64,000 bases of DNA. Source: Oculina patagonica (lineage: Eukaryota). The first letter of the stretch is position 1. Each line of letters opens with the position of its first letter. Made by a program: the position numbers and the translations under genes. Shown here piece after piece: positions 57,781 to 64,000 of the stretch. The notes beneath the pieces were generated by a model. That model did no database searches. It worked only from the letters and a program-made list of their open reading frames with translations, and was not told where the DNA came from. The stretch covers positions 28,947,074 to 29,011,073 of the forward strand of contig NC_135760.1 of the NCBI RefSeq assembly GCF_052425735.1. The letters run 5' to 3'.

Positions 57781-58154
57781 GTAACTATTACTGACAAACA
57801 AATGTCCTTTGAAACCGACAATCTTGGATGCTAAATGATTAATGGAAAAATGTCTGTTAATATCTTGGATGCTGCAGTTTAAAAACTAATGAGCTCCGGG
57901 TTCGTTGACTCCACCATGCTGCCCTGTGTACAATGTAGGTCAGTTTGAAATGGGTTACAGGGAGTGAAGAGGGGGGGGGGATGAGCTGTGGGCTTGACTG
58001 CTGTGGGTTACCTGTATAGGTGAGTGGGGTAATTCAGTCATACAATAACTTTGCACTATCTGAGATTGTCAGAGTAGTTTGGTTTCAAACACCTCCCACT
58101 AAATGGCTAGTCAGGTACCAAAAAATATTTTTGTTATTGCTACCATTGTTGCAG

Positions 58155-58277
58155 TCATTAAGCAAGAGACACAAAGCAGCCGAGGAAAGAAATGAAGAAA
58201 CTGAACATCTTGCCAAGGAGTCTACTACTCTTCAGTGTGTACCAGAAATGAATGACAAGCAATTGGAGGAAAACAAG
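58155..58277 (+). CDS. HELLS: HELLS exon
   Basis: SLSKRHKAAEERNEETEHLAKESTTLQCVPEMNDKQLEENK; frame of ORF 58020..58289; GT-AG. Confidence 0.7.
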
Positions 58278-58685
58278 GTTATATTTTGAACTATTCATCT
58301 GAATTAACTTAAGTTACCCAAGTGATATTTTTGTCAACATCAATATTGTTTAGACTCAAGGCAAATTGACATTGCTTGACCCTTTCTAAAGAGACATTAC
58401 CCATCCAGTTAGCAACAACAGACATGGTTAAAAATAAGCAGTTTTAAGAGGAGACTACAGAGAGAGCAGCCTTTAATTGAAAAACTGACAGTGTTTGCTT
58501 CACTGTATTGCCTGCCTTTGCACCACCACAGACATTACACATGTTTTGGATGCATTTTTCCATCAGATGTCAAGTAGACCTTGGAATTTGCCTGGCATTT
58601 GGCCTTAAATTGTATTAGAAATTTAACCTTCTTAATTAGACGAGAGATCTTTTCTTGATGTAATAACATAGATATATATGGGTTA

Positions 58686-58741
58686 TTGGCCAAGCGTGAG
58701 GTCAAGATGGCAGGATATTGGCCAAGTTCTTTTTTTGCGTG

Positions 58742-58774
<33 letters not shown>

Positions 58775-58816
58775 CACGCAAAAAAAAGAACGAGGCCAAT
58801 ATCCTGCCATCTTGAC
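58686..58816. mobile_element. Perfect 55-bp-arm hairpin MITE in a HELLS intron. Related GTCAAGATGG motifs lie at 59690-59780.
   Basis: aggtcaagatggcaggatattggccaagttctttttttgcgtgtttatggacc / gagacgaagtcgag / ggtccataaacacgcaaaaaaaagaacgaggccaatatcctgccatcttgacc. Confidence 0.7.
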
Positions 58817-59918
58817 CGAACAAGCTTGGTCAATAAAGGATTTATTATATGACTTTTTTTCGAGTACTGAAAAGGAAGCCAGTTGCATGCACAATCAATG
58901 GCGCACGCTAAAATCATTTCATTGGTTTAAAAGTTTAACGAGTGACTGTCAAATTCTTGAATGAATCGAGACGAAGTAAAACGATGCGACAACAGCGAAA
59001 TTCGCCTCTTTTTAACCTGTTTTAACCCTCAAATGGATATTGAAATGGCTAAAATTGCGAATCAACATTAAGTTTGAAGCCTTAAACAAGAATGTCCATT
59101 CCATCTGGCCGCCAGCCTTTGATTATGGGACGTTTGCAGAGTATTTGCTCGCTTCTGACGCTTTAGTGGTGCAAACCTGCCGTCACGGTGACACGAGCTG
59201 AATATTGAAATTGTGATTGTTGGGCTTATAAATTCACGGGAAAAGCTTGAACTTTCCTATATCATTGATTTAAATGTTCGACGAAAAGATGTTTTCCTGG
59301 TTCACCGTGCCGTCCACTTTCTCCATCAAGATTTACACAAATGACAAGTTTGCCGAATTCTTTATTCTTCAGGTATGTCACTGACTTCTCTTCCTTTTCC
59401 GCCGAACAAAACCGATATCATGTCGTCAAGTAGCTTTGCGTTTTAATTTTTGTATTTATAGCTGGTTGTTGTGGCAAATAAAATTCACGAAACTCGTTAA
59501 CATTTGTCGTTTAATTAGTTTGTTCTTGTTCGCTTCAAGACCTATTACTTTGTTATCGGACTCTCTTTCGCTAGAAACAGGCAGAAAATATTTGTGTTGT
59601 TTAGGAAAATGGTTTCACAGCTCAAGTTTACGACGGAAAAGCTTTTTGTATGTAGTAGCGTCGACGGAACTGAAGAGATTTTCGCTTGCGGGAACACAGC
59701 CGGAGATCCCGAGCGGTCAAGATGGCTCCATCTTGACCGCTCGGGTAGCCAATCAGAGCACGGGATTCGTTTCATCTTGACCGCTCACGGAGCTAGTCAT
59801 ATAATAAGAACAATTACTTGTGCATGGTTGCTGCTTTGGACTTTATACTAAACATGGTACAATGTAATTAAGGTAAAAACATATTTTGATTAAATTGAAC
59901 TTTTTTTTGGCACATCAG

Positions 59919-60020
59919 GCTGGTTCTAGTTGCAATGATGATCAATCAACGATTCAACCAACATTTATTTCTGGAGGGTCACTCAGGCCCTACCAACTAC
60001 AAGGCCTTGCTTGGCTGAAG
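59919..60020 (+). CDS. HELLS: HELLS exon (may be shifted by 1 nt; line-derived)
   Basis: AGSSCNDDQSTIQPTFISGGSLRPYQLQGLAWLK matches human [23 protein letters not shown]. Acceptor cacatcag, donor AAG|gtacac. Confidence 0.8.
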
Positions 60021-60585
60021 GTACACTATTGCATATATTATTTTTTTACAAAAATATTATAGTACTGTTTTTTATAATGTCCTTATAAAATGACATGGTC
60101 TTGTTAAATGACAAGAAAACAAGAGTACTATTAGCAAGCATGACACTAAACACAAGAAAGTTAATTTTAAAGTGAGTTGTCTTGTTGTTTCAGTTACATA
60201 CAATGCCATCTTTATTTTCCAATACTCAACAGTCTTAATTAAGATCCTTTGTTAATCTATTTAGAAGACTTGCTGTTCCAAATTCACATGTTGCGACATA
60301 TTCGTGTTAAGGTAGAAACTAATTTTGCTTTGGATTATTATTTTTTTCTTACAGTAAAGTTCAACACATGAAAACAGGGATCCATATTCGTTTTTTCTCC
60401 AAGTCATCAGCCGGGCAAGTATTCAAGATGGCATACTTACCCGGCATGGCATCCAGTGGACGAGTTTTCATAATGTTTTGGTCATCTCGGACGACTGCAT
60501 GTATGGATCCCTGATGAAAATGAATGCACTTTCTGTTGATTGGTACTTATGCCAGAAACAATCTTAATTTGTCTTTTATGAACAG

Positions 60586-60768
60586 GTGCTTTATGAAAAT
60601 GGCATGAATGGTATCTTAGCAGATGAGATGGGTCTTGGGAAAACGTTGCAGTGCATATCACTACTGGCACACCTGGTTGAAATGGGAGTCCAAGGACCAT
60701 TTCTTGTTGCTGCTCCTCTCTCCACCCTTCCTAATTGGGTGAAAGAATTTAACAAATTTGCTCCAAAG
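60586..60768 (+). CDS. HELLS: HELLS exon with SNF2 motif I
   Basis: [61 protein letters not shown] matches human [62 protein letters not shown] 60586..60807. Confidence 0.92.
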
Positions 60769-61809
60769 GTATACTATAACAAGCATGTACATGTTAACCT
60801 CCAATAAACCCTTACACTCCAATCCTCATTTTTTTTAGTGAATAGTCAATGAGGTGCAGTTAAGTTGACTATCCCTCTTAGAAAAATAGAGTGAGTAGTC
60901 TTAAGTCTTTTAGTAGACACACCAGGAGGTGGGGGTACACTTATAGATAAGCTATACGGGTATGTGCTGCTGGGTATGGTTTCAAGCGGTTTAGTCAGGG
61001 ATAAGGTATAGTAATCAGAGAGTTTTGTTCTAAAATAGAGTTTCATGTGTCAGGAAACTGATCAGTGGTATGAAGAATTAAGGAATAGGAATAGAAACTC
61101 ACAAAAGAAAGAGGCTTTCCTAAACTAAACTAAAATCATTGCAGGACCATTGTTGACAAATGGTTTTTCCATAAAAACACTTATACATGTAATTATACAG
61201 TTCTAAAAATAGCAAGTTTGGGATATGGAGGGATTTTTTTTTTGGGAAAACCAATCAACCAATCAGTTTAATGGTAGGGTAATTGACATCTGAGAAAGTC
61301 ATATGTGACAAGGTTGGCTCTGGTTTTACTTAGGTATTCCATTTTTACTGGGACTGCGTATATGAATAATGTTGTCTTGGACAACTATTAATGCATAAAG
61401 TTCTATGTTAACATAATATATATTATGATAGTGGACCATTGTAAAAAAGCGGCTGTAGTGTATTTTGAAAAGTTGGTATTTCAAGCATTAGACCATCACA
61501 GAGCAAAGTGGAGCATTGAGGGCTCTGTGTGGTTATATACTAGAAAACCATTGTCAACATGGCACCATCTTGTGTGCATTTAAAGAAAGCTGTAATGACT
61601 TCCTAGAAAATAGCTACCTTTATGTTACTTGGTGCATTTTTTACTGCTTATATATAATGGCATAAGGAACCTCAGAACAAACCAGAGGGAAAAGAAAGTA
61701 TTATAAAGAAAAATTCTAAAGCATAATGTTTTTGTTGTGTGTATAATTTACCGGTTGTCTTTTTGTACTGTCACCATGGTGATTTTGTTTGATGATCCTT
61801 ATTCTTTAG

Positions 61810-62033
61810 ATTCCTGCAATACTCTATCATGGTTCACAAGAGGATCGCCTTCGTCTGAGGTCCCAGATGGAAAAGCTGATATCAGTGCAAGGCAATATCT
61901 CTGCTTTTCCAGTGGTAATCACCTCCTATGAGATTTGTATGAGAGATCAGAAAAGCCTTCATGCTTTGGACTGGAAGTACATTATTGTTGATGAAGGTCA
62001 TCGTATTAAAAACCTCAACTGTAGACTTATAAG
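61810..62033 (+). CDS. HELLS: HELLS exon (motif Ia-II, DEGH box)
   Basis: [74 protein letters not shown] matches human DIPTMLYHGTQEERQKLVRNI...[42 protein letters not shown]. Confidence 0.9.
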
Positions 62034-62322
62034 GTGAGAAGGAAACATGAAAAATAATCTAAACTGTGGAAGTTTTGTCAAGTCAACAGAACTGGTCAAA
62101 AGACAGTTGATAGTCAAAATGAAGACAAAATGTTCGATTCCATAGTTAGTTGAAGGTCTCTAAACTAGATGGTAAAGAAGGCGGCACTCTTTAAGTCCTG
62201 TCCACAATGAAATACCCCACTTATAAGACACAAGTGACATTTAACTGTGATGATCACTTAGTTGAAAACATTCTGATTTTTTTCTTAATTTATATTCTTT
62301 TAGCCTAGAATTTCTCTATTAA

Positions 62323-62556
<234 letters not shown>

Positions 62557-62974
62557 TGAGCTTAGTTCAACCTTATTGTTAATCTTCATGTGTGTGTTCA
62601 TGTGTAGTATCTCTGAGAAATAAGGTTACTACAATCCTAGACAAAAGTCTTGGGACACTAATCTGTTTCAATGAAAAGCTGGCATTGTCTTAGCTTCCCC
62701 ATCCCCACCCCGGGATCCCCACCACCAATGCATTGATAATTTCTATCCATCAATAATTGTGCAGTGTAACACAAACTCTGGAATTGTTAGGACAGCTCTA
62801 TGACTTTGCTGTAGATGCATGTTCTGTAAGCACCTTGCTCAGAAGAGTACCCCCTAATTAGTAAGTCATTGTAAACCACTGGTTACTGGTACAACTGTGC
62901 ACATAGGTTTTTCCTGTATTCCCTTGATTTTATTTAAAAATTCACCCGACCTTATCTGTGTTTAGTTTTCAGAG

Positions 62975-63068
62975 GTGGTTTGATTTTAGTGCTATCAATG
63001 AAGATGGTGGAAATGAGAGGATCATTGAACGAGAGAGAGAGGATCAAGTTTTGCAGAGACTTCATGCT
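62975..63068 (+). CDS. HELLS: HELLS exon, the last one in the window. The gene continues beyond 64000.
   Basis: (R)WFDFSAINEDGGNERIIEREREDQVLQRLHA matches human [33 protein letters not shown]. Donor GCT|gtaagt. ORF 62958..63140. Confidence 0.88.
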
Positions 63069-64000
63069 GTAAGTTACATAATGCACTACATAAGGTTTAA
63101 AAACTTTAAAACTGGTCCCTGTTTACTGCTGTTGGCTTAAAAACAAGTCAAGTAATTTTGGCATTAAAATGGATTCTTGAATGGGATACGTTTCCTTTCT
63201 GAAAGTGTGACTGAAAACAGACAAAGATACAAATAGTTTTGTATCATCTCACAGAATTCTTCTTAAATCGAAAATGATAACCAAAGACTTCTACATCTTT
63301 ATGATAAAAATAAAATCATTGAAGGTAACATCTAGCCACCCATAGAAAGCATGTGTTAATAAATCCATATTGTCCTCCTCCATTTGCATATCTATACAAC
63401 TGAGGGAAGGCACATCTCAACACTAATTCCACGCTCCCCTTTCACAAACTTAGTGTGACAGTGTCACTTAGCTTGTTTTTTAACAGAATTTCTAAATAAT
63501 TTTAGGAATAGTTTTCTTGTACTGTCGTTTTATTTTTATCCGTGACCTGTTACGTAATGTTGCAGACGTGAGCAGATCAGTTTACTCTCACCGTCTAGAA
63601 AGTTGTTGCGTTATTGTTTAGAGTACTTTGGAGGTCAGATCATGTAATTGTAGGATTTAACTCGCTTAGATATTGTGTAGTTTTTTGTTACTTTTACTGT
63701 AGGAGTGGTTAAGTGGGTAAACACCCAGTTCCTTTAGGTAAATCCTGTGTGTGGGTTTACTAGTCATGTTTCTGTTTTCTATTGTCAACACTTTTAGTTA
63801 TCAGTTAGACTTTGGTCAAGGGCGTTGATTAATCCCCTTGTACGTAATTGTGATGTAATTGTCTTCCAGTTCCGGTCACATAGACAAATGTGTACTGTAG
63901 ATTTGGGTATAAATACAAGTAGTTTTGTGCATTTTATTTGAGTTAGCTGTGGAGCTTAGCTCCCCAGAGGGGCTTGCTAGTCCTCTGGTAGATTGCTGTT

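Noticed and set aside
59289-59372. Possible 84-nt HELLS exon (MFSWFTVPSTFSIKIYTNDKFAEFFILQ) between 58277 and 59919
   Set aside because: It is phase-compatible (0/0) with AG and GT sites and weakly resembles human NTKFFFDP. It is hydrophobic and atypical for this lysine-rich linker, and direct splicing 58277 to 59919 is equally consistent. Without RNA evidence it is not called.

Overview
This is a eukaryotic (metazoan, invertebrate-like) nuclear window. It is intron-rich, roughly 36-39% GC, and heavily loaded with hairpin MITEs, satellites and TIR DNA transposons. There are no prokaryotic features and no CRISPR. Four conserved protein-coding genes can be reconstructed from the six-frame ORFs plus GT-AG splice logic. 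(1) XBP1 on the + strand, 9332-11407, has 4 exons with an intact bZIP. It has a predicted IRE1-type unconventional intron with twin CAGCAGC loops, a frame switch, and an ERSE (CCAAT-N9-CCACG) in its promoter. (2) Major vault protein MVP on the - strand, 19589-43206, has 16 coding exons summing to 2601 nt (867 codons), with all phases consistent. (3) Selenocysteine-specific elongation factor EEFSEC on the + strand, 44705-47169, has 2 exons and is head-to-head with MVP across about 1.5 kb. (4) The SNF2 helicase HELLS/LSH on the + strand starts at or before 54395 (possibly 50625) and runs off the window end at exon 62975-63068. The MVP and HELLS introns carry several notable repeats. A 20-bp minisatellite of about 65 units is split by a 1.5-kb TIR element that carries a RecQ-like helicase fragment. 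A 2.9-kb Harbinger-like non-autonomous element has TTA target-site duplications. A 1.86-kb near-perfect palindrome abuts a HELLS exon donor. There are tandem repeats full of TGACGTGA (UPRE/CRE-like) motifs, a TTTCGCGAAA motif cluster, and more than 15 foldback MITEs. Coordinates were derived by hand from ORF-table anchors. Exon ends not anchored by an ORF may be off by 1-2 nt.
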